From Promethearchaeota archaeon (GTDB lineage Archaea; Asgardarchaeota; Heimdallarchaeia; Hodarchaeales; Hodarchaeaceae), in NCBI GenBank assembly GCA_048938105.1, contig JBHLMN010000016.1:83199-147198 (forward strand): 64,000 nt of DNA, in the 5' to 3' direction. Positions 39,811 to 49,668 of the stretch are shown one piece after another. The translations under genes and the position numbers were made by a program. Each line of letters starts with the position of its first letter. Position 1 is the first letter of the stretch. Below the pieces are notes generated by a model, which had not been told where the DNA came from, searched no databases, and worked only from the letters and a program-made list of their open reading frames with translations.

Positions 39811-41691
39811 TTATTCATCATTTTCTTCTAGAAGTGGACGGCTGGTAGTAACAAATTGTTCTAGAACTGGCTGAATCATAGTAAAGGGGACTCCTGTGGT
39901 TGCAATAAGACTACTAACCAAGATCATATTTAGATGATCCATTTCTTCAATAGTAAGGTCTTTATCTGAGAGGAGAATATTGATAAATTGTGAAACCAAG
40001 AGAGGAAATTCCGGGTCACTAATCGGTATTTTCTTTAAGACAGCCTTGATGTTATTAATAAAAGAGATTCCTATTTCAATAAATGTATTGTTTAAAGGGA
40101 TTTCAAAGAAATCAAAATTGTATAGGAGTTCATCGACCTCAGCTGAAGAGGCATCAAATTCAGAAACGAAAATTGCTTCCTTCGTAATAAATTCCAAATG
40201 AAGGACCAATTGTTTCTGTTTAAAAACATTATCACTTCTAAGTAATCGTTTAACAGTTAATCTAACGGAATGATAATATTCCTCATCACAATGATCACCT
40301 AGGTAATTGATAGCCTGAAGAAGAGTTAGAATAGCACGACCAAAATCCTTTATAGGTGTTTGATGGCCATGGAGAACATCTTGTCTGAAATCTCGTGCTA
40401 TAATCATAATGGATAATTGAAGTAGATTTTCGAAGAAATGTTCGAAATTTTTGTCCTCTGTTTGAATTAATTCGTCAAGAGTTTCTTCTAGCTCTGAGAT
40501 TTCCTCTTGATCAATGGTATAGCGCTTCATTACTACATCCAGATCTTCAACATTCTTCTGTTGAATTCCAGCTGGATATTCTCTCTTATGAATGTACACT
40601 GCTTTCAAAATCGGAACTATTGCAAGATTTTGCCTTTCAGGGTCATTTTGTTTTTCATAAATAGCTTCAACTAATTCAATAGCCTTTGATAGGTGATAGA
40701 AAACAAAATCTTCGCCAAGAAGATACTCTAATGCCAAATTAAAGATTGCTCCGAACCATTTCACATGAAAATTTTTTGAAAATGAAAAGCTTGTCAAGAA
40801 TATATTCTCTATGTGCCACATTTCACGAGTAATTAGAGACGGATTAATGTAATACTTTTGGAAAATGTAATGTTTAAGTTTTCGGGAGGGTCTATAGTCT
40901 ATAGAATCTTCCTGTAAGACCATAGTGGGTAACCATACTGGAACGAGTGAAATTGTATAGTTGAACGCTTTAGCAAACTCACTAAGATCTTTGATCTTTA
41001 TTTCACCTTTTTGGAAAGGAATATCAAGAATGGGGGGAGCAATATGATCAGATTCTTCGAAATGAAGTTCAATATTGTAGAAATCTACCAATGGATTACA
41101 TAACCCTCTTTTCATCATCTCAACGTTGACAAAAATGTCTTTGAGTGATAAAAGGGCGACTTGTGAAATTTTTTTAAGAAATGTAACTAGCTCTTCCTGT
41201 TTAAAACTTTCAGGAGGGACAATAGAAGCTAATTGGGTGAAAAAATCCAGACTAAAAACTAAAGAATTACGTAATTGAACCTCAAGACCACGCTGCCGTT
41301 GAACAGAGTGTAAAATTTCGTGAAAAATCAATCCAGTGAGCCCATTTCGATGAACAGGTTTAAGTAAGGGAGAGTTTTTTTCTAATTGAATGAAAACGAA
41401 TTCCTTATCCTTGTAACCATAAGAAAAAGATGTTTGAAAGTGATCGTCGAAGATACGTTGAAGATCATCAACCTCTTTTTGCGATAAGCCTGAATTTAAG
41501 ATAAATGAATTTACTTCATTAGAATTGTCAATGTCCGAAAAAATCAATGTCAAGTCTATGATTGGCTCGCAGAGAGTTCTTAACATTGGAGAGTGTAAGA
41601 TTTCTCTTAAATCATGTTCTATTCCCTTGAAAAAGTCTAGAAGGACAATTTTAAGGGAATCATTCAATTTTTCCATTAGGACTGCTTCCAT
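39811..41691 (-). CDS. Hypothetical protein with HExxH (zincin-like) motif
   Basis: 626 aa; GLIFHEILHSV followed by KDIFVN; helical acidic C-terminal region. Confidence 0.7.
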   Translation of the reverse strand: MEAVLMEKLNDSLKIVLLDFFKGIEHDLREILHSPMLRTLCEPIIDLTLIFSDIDNSNEVNSFILNSGLSQKEVDDLQRIFDDHFQTSFSYGYKDKEFVFIQLEKNSPLLKPVHRNGLTGLIFHEILHSVQRQRGLEVQLRNSLVFSLDFFTQLASIVPPESFKQEELVTFLKKISQVALLSLKDIFVNVEMMKRGLCNPLVDFYNIELHFEESDHIAPPILDIPFQKGEIKIKDLSEFAKAFNYTISLVPVWLPTMVLQEDSIDYRPSRKLKHYIFQKYYINPSLITREMWHIENIFLTSFSFSKNFHVKWFGAIFNLALEYLLGEDFVFYHLSKAIELVEAIYEKQNDPERQNLAIVPILKAVYIHKREYPAGIQQKNVEDLDVVMKRYTIDQEEISELEETLDELIQTEDKNFEHFFENLLQLSIMIIARDFRQDVLHGHQTPIKDFGRAILTLLQAINYLGDHCDEEYYHSVRLTVKRLLRSDNVFKQKQLVLHLEFITKEAIFVSEFDASSAEVDELLYNFDFFEIPLNNTFIEIGISFINNIKAVLKKIPISDPEFPLLVSQFINILLSDKDLTIEEMDHLNMILVSSLIATTGVPFTMIQPVLEQFVTTSRPLLEENDE

Positions 41692-41889
41692 GAAAAACAG
41701 ATTTCGATCTAGAATACCCTTTATTGTAACATTAAAAACAAATTCCCATCCAAGATTATTATCTGAAATTGAAGTAGCAAATATTTATAAAGAGTTTATA
41801 AAGAATTGATGATAAATAGTTGAAATTCAGCAATTCTATAAAATTAAGCGTTTTCAGAATTGTATTCTTCATAAAAGGTGAGTAGTGAG

Positions 41890-43434
41890 ATGGCCCACCA
41901 GCGAAAGACGTGGAAACGGTTTTTAAACATTATTCTATCTCGACTTCCTTCCTGCATCGAAAAATATTCACCTAAAGACCAAGTCCTTCTGATTGATTTT
42001 TTGGAGATCCTTCAACACTATGAAGAAGCTGACTTTAATAGAAATAAACTCTTTAATAGGATTAATAAATTCAATCAGAAATATTTTGGGTCTGATCAAT
42101 ATGAAAAAACTCCTTTTTTGTGGTTTGCTTACTCATATTATTCAAATGCAAACTTAATACTTAGTGTTGCAAGGTTCCATGCTGATGATTTTTATGAATT
42201 TTTGGTAAAACTCCTTCGTGATCACAATGAGATAAAAGGATGCTTCAAACTCATATGTGAAAATACTCCATTACTAGATCTCGCCTGGGAACAATTGCAA
42301 TATTTAAGTGCAAAACTAGTTCCCTTAACTTCTGATCATTTACACTGCCTTGAAACTATATATTCATATGTTACAGAGGCAGGGATTAACTCTCTTAATC
42401 AGAATCGATTGAAAGATGCAATTTCAAGTCGAACCAGAAGTATCAAAATTATTCAAGATTTTCCAGATCTTTTGACTCTTTTAGAAGCCCGCTGGAGATT
42501 ATTATTTTATCCTCCTGCATTTGAAATAGAAACACTTTACTTTCAGTTTCAAATTAATGAATCAATACCTTTTTTAGAGATTATTGATATTAAAAATGCG
42601 AAGAACACTACATTTTGCAGTAGTACAATTTTTAATGTAAGAGGACTTAAGAACACATACATAGGATTAATTGCAATTCCCTCCCAATTAATAGAAAGAC
42701 TGAAATCTTATCTTAAAATCTGTGAGCAAAAAGGAAAATTGATTCTAAAGGACATGTCTCAGATCATCAATATCCAGATGAGTTATTCATTATCCAATTA
42801 TAAAACTGATAAAGGATGGCATAACCTTACAGAGACGGAATGGAAACGGCTCTCTCGCCCAGTTAAAACTTCTCGCCCTCGAAAAAGACGAATAAAACCT
42901 TCATCTTTCTTTCTAACTTCTCCTTTTAATAATGATTTTAATTATCAACAACATCCTAAGGCTGATGAACTTCTCAGAATATATTGTAAATCTCAACGAA
43001 CTTTTACATACGGTGAGCTGCCTTTTGGTAATACAGGAAATCAATCCACATTGAGTTTCTCCAAGAAAGAGATAGGAGTTTTGAGAGATTTATTTGAGTC
43101 TAAAGTGCTTCAAGTGGATTTAGTTTTAAATAAACTAAATCAGGAGTTTTCATGGGATCTTTTTTGGATAAGAATTCCAAAATTAATACCTTTAGAACAG
43201 CTTTCTCGCATATTGGAGCTTCTACCTTGGACCAGAATATATTATACGAGGTCAGATATTCATTTATTGACCTTTCTGACATCGAAACTAGCCCAATGGA
43301 TGAGTAGTGATTTAGAATGGATAGTTATCCCAGTAATAAGTCTACATTATCCAATTACTCCTTCTTTAGACTGGTATGACCTTGAAACCAATCAATGGAT
43401 TACCCCTTATATGTTAAAATCACCATTGTATTAA
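41890..43434 (+). CDS. ~515-aa putative Lrp/AsnC-like (wHTH+RAM, internally duplicated) protein, paralogue 1
   Basis: Long ORF homologous to 58119-59663; SD GGTGAG places the start at ATG 41890; the fold call is inference. Confidence 0.75.
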   Translation: MAHQRKTWKRFLNIILSRLPSCIEKYSPKDQVLLIDFLEILQHYEEADFNRNKLFNRINKFNQKYFGSDQYEKTPFLWFAYSYYSNANLILSVARFHADDFYEFLVKLLRDHNEIKGCFKLICENTPLLDLAWEQLQYLSAKLVPLTSDHLHCLETIYSYVTEAGINSLNQNRLKDAISSRTRSIKIIQDFPDLLTLLEARWRLLFYPPAFEIETLYFQFQINESIPFLEIIDIKNAKNTTFCSSTIFNVRGLKNTYIGLIAIPSQLIERLKSYLKICEQKGKLILKDMSQIINIQMSYSLSNYKTDKGWHNLTETEWKRLSRPVKTSRPRKRRIKPSSFFLTSPFNNDFNYQQHPKADELLRIYCKSQRTFTYGELPFGNTGNQSTLSFSKKEIGVLRDLFESKVLQVDLVLNKLNQEFSWDLFWIRIPKLIPLEQLSRILELLPWTRIYYTRSDIHLLTFLTSKLAQWMSSDLEWIVIPVISLHYPITPSLDWYDLETNQWITPYMLKSPLY

Positions 43435-43465
43435 GTAAATAGAAGCTGAAGCTCAACATAAGCAA

Positions 43466-43508
43466 GAAAAGAAAAAAGAGGATGAGGGGAAATGGATAGC
43501 ATCTCCCC
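43466..43508 (-). terminator. Hairpin plus U-tract ending the micropeptide transcript
   Basis: Minus-strand stem GGGGAGATG/CATTTCCCC followed by TCATCCTCTTTTTTCTTTT. Confidence 0.55.
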
Positions 43509-43537
43509 GATTTGGTTGAAATAGAATGTTTAAACAA

Positions 43538-43573
43538 TTATGGAAAAGGAGGAGTCGTACCTGGGGGCATCAT
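43538..43573 (-). CDS. Micropeptide MMPPGTTPPFP
   Basis: SD GAGGT 4-7 nt upstream; downstream hairpin and U-tract; positional homologue at 59773-59811. Confidence 0.55.
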   Translation of the reverse strand: MMPPGTTPPFP

Positions 43574-44021
43574 TTAGACCTCATCCCTCCACTCCAATAG
43601 TTCAATATAACATCCTAACTATTCTCTAGATAAAATCTCCGTGATAGATACTACGATCGTTCTTTTAATAACACCTAAGAATTTTAAAAAAGATATTTAG
43701 AAAAGCAGTCTTGATTTACCACGAATTAATATATCTTATTTCTATTATAATCTCCTGACTTCTAATAAATTTATAGAAGCCTCTTAATAATAAAAACAAT
43801 CTAAAATTCATGATTGAAAGCAAAAATATTGAAAAAACTCCTTTAAAGGTCAGAAAGAGCTAGTGAACTATAACAGATGAAGTGGGTGATTTTCTACAAA
43901 TTCTCGGGATCTAGAAATACTCCAATAATGGAAAAAGGGGTTTTTTCCCATTTATTCCACACCTGAGGAAATAGGGTTTCCAACTAACTTAGTTAACCCC
44001 ATATAACGCATCCAAGAGAAT

Positions 44022-46169
44022 CTATTTGATTGGATCAAAAACTAAATTCTGATAGGAATCGTGTAATCTTTTTTGTAAAGGAAGATTCTGGAGTTTATCT
44101 TGGTTCATAAGGGATTGCAATTCGACTGAAAAATTATTTGTCTTTAGGAGAGAAATTTGACCATTAATCGAAATGATACAACGTCGTTCATCAGGTTTTG
44201 CTTTTAAAAGGTTGCGAAATTGTTCATACTCATTCTTGGTTAAGCCAAGTAAGTTGGATATGACATAAGGATCAAATTTTGTAAAGAAAACAGTCACAAC
44301 TCCTGCGTTAGTTAGTATAGGCTGTTTAACTATCGGATCAGTGCCAATAAAAATCATGGATATATCGTAAGCTCTTAAAGTCCAAGGGCCTTTAGCGATC
44401 ATCGTCTCTGAAGTCCTAGCTCTGGGACTCTTAGCTGGAATGAGTTTTTGAATCTCATCTAGGATGAAAATATTCTTAGGAAGAGTTTCTTCCTTGAAAG
44501 GTGATCGAAAGCTTCTAACGAAATAGTAAATATATTGCAGCACTACATTTAAGAAAATTTGCCTTCCACTTTGATCTTCCATGGATTCAAAGGCAGAAAG
44601 GTCAATAATAGCGTTATGTTCTAATAAATCAGATATTTCATAAGTTGTTTTGTGAACGGTGAAACATCTGCCCGTATTGCCAAATAAAAGCTTTTCAATG
44701 CAATTCATGATACCAGCAGTTGTATTTTCTAGATAGGCACCTTTCATTCCTAATTTATCAGGTATTTTAAGCCACTTGAGCAATGTTTGAAAATCACCTT
44801 GATCTTTTACTGTCTGAATAACCGCAAGGTGAAGGAGACGGCGCATTTGGGGTGAAACTGCATCCATGTCTTCAAAAATGTGTTCAAGTATAGATACTAC
44901 GAATTGGATATGATCATTTAGTGGTATAATAGATTCTCCTGCTTCATTTTTAGGTATTTGGAAAATATTTATACCCCAAGGAAATTCAGTTGAGCCAGGC
45001 TTCAAATATATGAAGGTATTACAAAAGGATTGGACTGGAGCTAAATATTCACCTTTTGGATCAAAAATGAGAAATCGAACATTCTTTTGATGAAATTCCT
45101 TAATTAATCCATAAATAAAACGGCTTTTTCCCTCACCGGTCATACCAAACACTACCATATGCCTACTGAGATCTTTACCATCAATCAACAAGGGAATATC
45201 CGAGGTTTTACCACTAACGATTGGAATGCCAAGATTAATAGCTCGTTGAGGTGAAGTTTCGCTTATACCCGTGGATAAGGTGTAATCTGTTTTGTTTGAA
45301 ACAAGACTATAACCTTCGTGAGAGAATTGTCTTTGAGGAGGAGTAATGAAGTTCATCAAAGAATATCCATCTAGGATAATTGGTGAAATCAATTTTCGTT
45401 TAGAACAGAGCCTCCTGAAAGAAGAAAAACGCCGCCAGAAAGTTGGATAAAATCGTACTTTGAATCCATTGGACATAAATAAGACAGATAAGCGATCAAG
45501 TTTGGATCGTAAAGATTCTTGGCTTTTTTCTACCACTAATATACGGGGTGAAAACTCAAAACAACCTGTTTCTTCCATAATGTTTATTTTTTGAGGATGA
45601 AAACGACGTTCTACTTTTCCTTGTTGGATATCAAATCGTACATGAACCATTCGATTATCTTGCTCATTTTGAGTTTGAGATTCTTTGGGAAGTTCTACAG
45701 ACTTGAAAACAAGCTGAATAAATGCAAATTGAGGAGAATCAGTTGAAATTTCAAGGATAGTGTCTATAAAACTCTCACTAGTCGTGAAATATCTGTCAGT
45801 TTTATCTTTTAATCCAAGAATTCCACCACAATAATATTTGGAGCCATCAGAACTCACCTGAAATTCAGTCTGTAGTAATTCTAGAAGAACATGGATAGGA
45901 GATTCACCTATCTTATGAAAATCAGGATGGAGTCCTAATGCGGCAGCAAACTGTTGGATAGTAGCTATCCCTTTTTCTCCCCCTTTCTTACGGAGGTGTC
46001 CATATTCTATAGGAACCATATTAATCCATACAGATTTGGGATCAAATACTGCATATTCCAAGGAAAAGGCATTCTTAGCATTCTGAAATACTTTGACGCT
46101 AGTTTTATCTACATTCAAAGGAATATAGCGGAAGTTGAAAGCTGGTACGGATTGAGTCATGAGAATCAC
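44022..46169 (-). CDS. HerA/VirB4/FtsK-family ATPase (DUF87)
   Basis: RHMVVFGMTGEGKS, LIFDPKGEY, Walker B FILDE. Confidence 0.85.
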   Translation of the reverse strand: MILMTQSVPAFNFRYIPLNVDKTSVKVFQNAKNAFSLEYAVFDPKSVWINMVPIEYGHLRKKGGEKGIATIQQFAAALGLHPDFHKIGESPIHVLLELLQTEFQVSSDGSKYYCGGILGLKDKTDRYFTTSESFIDTILEISTDSPQFAFIQLVFKSVELPKESQTQNEQDNRMVHVRFDIQQGKVERRFHPQKINIMEETGCFEFSPRILVVEKSQESLRSKLDRLSVLFMSNGFKVRFYPTFWRRFSSFRRLCSKRKLISPIILDGYSLMNFITPPQRQFSHEGYSLVSNKTDYTLSTGISETSPQRAINLGIPIVSGKTSDIPLLIDGKDLSRHMVVFGMTGEGKSRFIYGLIKEFHQKNVRFLIFDPKGEYLAPVQSFCNTFIYLKPGSTEFPWGINIFQIPKNEAGESIIPLNDHIQFVVSILEHIFEDMDAVSPQMRRLLHLAVIQTVKDQGDFQTLLKWLKIPDKLGMKGAYLENTTAGIMNCIEKLLFGNTGRCFTVHKTTYEISDLLEHNAIIDLSAFESMEDQSGRQIFLNVVLQYIYYFVRSFRSPFKEETLPKNIFILDEIQKLIPAKSPRARTSETMIAKGPWTLRAYDISMIFIGTDPIVKQPILTNAGVVTVFFTKFDPYVISNLLGLTKNEYEQFRNLLKAKPDERRCIISINGQISLLKTNNFSVELQSLMNQDKLQNLPLQKRLHDSYQNLVFDPIK

Positions 46170-46183
46170 CTCTCAAATCTATT

Positions 46184-46525
46184 TCAAATTATGTTAAACT
46201 CCCTATTACGCAAATTAACATATCTCCGTCTTAATTGATGAATAGTTCTCCAGGACACTTCTTCTTCAACGGGGATTTCATTCATTAGCACCAGAACTGT
46301 GTCTAAAACGTGATTTAGGGGAGTATTCATCATTCGTTCCTTTAATCTGAAATCAGTTGGACTTATAGACCGTATTTTTTGTATAGTGACATTTTTTTTG
46401 GGTTTCTCTGTTTTTGGCAAGAACAATTGGATAGCATTCACCTTAATCACATCAATAACTTCTAAAGAGAGGAGAATATAACTACCCCAAAAATATAAAG
46501 TGAAACTCCTTGAAAAGCAGAACAA
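46184..46525 (-). CDS. Small hypothetical protein upstream of the ATPase (true start probably later)
   Basis: Ends 14 nt before the ATPase start; internal SD AAGGTGA. Confidence 0.5.
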   Translation of the reverse strand: MFCFSRSFTLYFWGSYILLSLEVIDVIKVNAIQLFLPKTEKPKKNVTIQKIRSISPTDFRLKERMMNTPLNHVLDTVLVLMNEIPVEEEVSWRTIHQLRRRYVNLRNREFNII

Positions 46526-46805
46526 TGAAAAATCTTAGATCACATAACCACTCAAAACTTTGGCGCCTCAACCCCGAGGGAATGGTTATTGACGTTTATA
46601 GTACGATAAGAAAGCTAGGTTACCCAATTGAAGTTCTTAAAGACTATTCAGAGAAAATGAACCGTTACTCTTTTCTAATATTTGATTAAAAGATTTTTTT
46701 ATCTTAAACTTCCTCTACCTCTTCTACTTCAATTTCATGTTCAATTTCGACTTCATTTTTATCTTCATTTTCAAGAGTGACAAATGATTATGAATTCTAG
46801 GATTC

Positions 46806-47759
46806 TCACTTATATTTTGTAAGCACAAATTTAGCGAATTTATTACTCTGTTCATAATCTCTTGGATAGGGAAACATTATCTGGAAATAATCAAACCCCA
46901 AGGCAATTAGGTTGTCAAATCCCTGTTGGACGTCTTCTGGTGTACCATAAAAAACATTCAAGTTATTAATGGACTTTTTATATTCTTCTAAGCTCATATT
47001 CCTCAATTTGGCCCTTTCTGTTAAAATTCTCTCTAATTGGTCTTCTGTTTCAGTAACAATTACCGAGGCAAAGTAGGACTTTCCTATAGAATCATAATCA
47101 CGATCTATTTTTTCACAAAGCTGTTTTAATACCTCCAACAACTCTGGAATAGTTTTTGGATTGATGAACCATCCAAAGTTACAATAATCGGCATATTTTG
47201 CAACCATGTTCAGAATTCTCTTTTTTCCAGTTCCCCCAATGAAAATCGGTGGCAATTGCTGAATAGGCTTAGGTGCTGAAAAAGCATCCTTAATTTGATA
47301 GTGATTTCCAATAAAATTAACCTTGGGTTGTGTCCATAATTTTTTTATTATTTGGATCGATTCTTCTAATTGATCCATGCGATCTTTGATGGAGGGAAAC
47401 GGAATGCCATAAGCATTGTATTCAATCTCCTTCCATCCAGCACCGATACCAAATTCTAGTCTTCCATTTGAAATCATATCCACTGTAGCAGCTATTTTTG
47501 CAAGAACAGCAGGGTAACGATAACTATTACACGTAACTAGAGTACCAAGACGTAATTTATTAGTCTTAGCAGCTAAGGCAGAGAGTAAGGTCCAAGCTTC
47601 CATACAACTTTTTTCTTCGGATTTATTGTCGAGAAAAAAATGATCACTAGACCAAATGGAGTCATACCCTACTTTTTCAGCATTTAATGCGATCTTTTCT
47701 ACAGTGTCATAATCGAATCCAAACTGGGGTTCAATCTGAATACCAAAACGAATATTCAA
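46806..47759 (-). CDS. LLM-class (probably F420-dependent) oxidoreductase
   Basis: GYDSIWSSDHF, LGTLVTCNSYRYPAVLAK, GRLEFGIGAGW. Confidence 0.93.
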   Translation of the reverse strand: MNIRFGIQIEPQFGFDYDTVEKIALNAEKVGYDSIWSSDHFFLDNKSEEKSCMEAWTLLSALAAKTNKLRLGTLVTCNSYRYPAVLAKIAATVDMISNGRLEFGIGAGWKEIEYNAYGIPFPSIKDRMDQLEESIQIIKKLWTQPKVNFIGNHYQIKDAFSAPKPIQQLPPIFIGGTGKKRILNMVAKYADYCNFGWFINPKTIPELLEVLKQLCEKIDRDYDSIGKSYFASVIVTETEDQLERILTERAKLRNMSLEEYKKSINNLNVFYGTPEDVQQGFDNLIALGFDYFQIMFPYPRDYEQSNKFAKFVLTKYK

Positions 47760-47873
47760 AAATTATCACCAATCCTAAGGAATACAAAACCACTTATTTA
47801 TTATCTTGTCCGTGATGAATCAGAAACAATTTCAGCTCATATAAAGGAAATATTGTTTGATGTGATATAAAAA

Positions 47874-48557
47874 ATGAGGTTCGTTGATCTTAGTCATCCT
47901 TTTGAAGATGGTATGCCTGGATTTAGAATAAAGGACGAAGATGGTTCGTATGTTACACTTTCTGCAAAGATTCGTCCATTTCTGACCCATAAGCAAACAA
48001 AACCAAAATATCGAGGAAATGTATCCTTTGAAATAACAGAAATTCTCTTCCAGACTTCAGTCGGCACATATCTTGATTCACCATTTCATCGGTACCCTAA
48101 TAAAAGAGACATTGGGGAATTATTACTTGATGAGGTTATTCTTCCAGGCATAACAATTGATGTTCGTGGCCATAATCCCTTTCAATCAGTCAGTTGCAAA
48201 ATTCTTCCTCCAAATATCGATTATTATGGAAAAGCTGTGTTATTTAATTTTAATTGGAGTATTTATTGGGGTAAAGAACAATATTACGAATATCCATTTA
48301 TTTCAGAAGAACTGATATCTTTTCTCGTAGACAAAAAGGTGAAATTAGTTGGTGTTGATACAATCAATGTTGATAATTCACGGGATCTTACAAGACCAGC
48401 CCATTCATTATTTTTAAAAAACGATATACTCATCGTAGAAAATTTAACTAATTTAGAGTTTCTTCATGGGAAAGAATACAGATTTTTTGCTGTTCCAATA
48501 AAAGGAAAAAAAGCAGCATCCATGCCTGTAAGAGCATTTGCAGAGGTTTTTGACTGA
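47874..48557 (+). CDS. Cyclase/kynurenine formamidase family protein
   Basis: DLSHP, GTYLDSPFH, VGVDTINVD, AH, IVENLTNL. Confidence 0.88.
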   Translation: MRFVDLSHPFEDGMPGFRIKDEDGSYVTLSAKIRPFLTHKQTKPKYRGNVSFEITEILFQTSVGTYLDSPFHRYPNKRDIGELLLDEVILPGITIDVRGHNPFQSVSCKILPPNIDYYGKAVLFNFNWSIYWGKEQYYEYPFISEELISFLVDKKVKLVGVDTINVDNSRDLTRPAHSLFLKNDILIVENLTNLEFLHGKEYRFFAVPIKGKKAASMPVRAFAEVFD

Positions 48558-48885
48558 CATTACCTTTGATAGTTCTTTTTCACTAGTTAAACTTAATAGA
48601 ATTGATTTATTTCTGGTGTATCACTACTTCCTCTCCCTAGATGTAGTTTAAAAATCAAAAGAAAAACCAGAGGATGAAACTATTCATTCAAAGAAATAAA
48701 TTCTTAGATTATTTACTCTCCCGAGAATATCATTAAAAATGCAAGGAATCTCATTGAACATGGAACTGATAGTCATTCTCTAGAGATTTTCCTATTTACT
48801 GGCATAAAAGCTGCGATGTTCAATAAGGAATAGGTTCACGGAAAATTTAATATTAAAAGTGATCAAGATGATTAAGGTTGAAAAT

Positions 48886-48996
48886 ATGGAAGATGAAAGA
48901 TTAATTTTTAGAATGATCACTTCTGATACACCAAAGCGGATAAAAAAGAAGCTTTATGATGCAATTGAAGAATATGAAGAAAATCGTTCAATTTGA
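48886..48996 (+). CDS. Possible 36-aa protein MEDERLIF...EENRSI
   Basis: Short ORF with upstream AAGGT and protein-like composition. Confidence 0.3.
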   Translation: MEDERLIFRMITSDTPKRIKKKLYDAIEEYEENRSI

Positions 48997-49668
48997 TGAA
49001 TGAACCGTTCCTTTCGTAATAGGCTTCTCTCGTAAAATATATGAAAATATTTCATATATCGCGAGCACCTATCCACTCAATTTTCGAAAATCAGCAGTTG
49101 TCAATTCTTTTTGATAATAGGAATATTATGTACAAACGATTCTAAATGTGTCTCAAATTGGCAAATGGTATTGATTCATCCCCTCTATACTGAAGTATAT
49201 TATTGGGAACGATCCTTACAACAGAAAAATCCGCTAATTAAGAATTTCTACAAACATGATATAGGCAAGTCTAAACTGAATTAGGATAAAAATTTTCTCT
49301 TTTTTTCAGAAAAATTTGATTAAATATAGTATAAATAAGGTAGGCATGACTATATGACTTTATTCATAGAAAAGAACTTTTGAAAAAAATATTATATTAT
49401 TTCAATTAATATAGACATGCCCAACAATCTTTAGAGAGATTTAGAACCATTATTGAATAATTAGTAGAAATCAAGAACTCCTGAATATAAAAAATACTCC
49501 TCAAACCTTTTTATACTTGGATTAAAGTGAATAACTCTTTTTATCTGCCAGTTTTCTTTAAATTCATAAAAAAGTTAATTCTGTAGTTATTCCAAAAATA
49601 TTTTCATTAGGTTTTACTAATAATACTGATCTTTAAAGCCTTGAAAAAAATATGGAAGCCAAATAGGA

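Noticed and set aside
46704-46773. Six-nucleotide periodic pyrimidine tract (ENEDKNEVEIEHEIEVEEVEEV on the minus strand)
   Set aside because: In-frame stop just upstream and no start; at most a decayed gene tail
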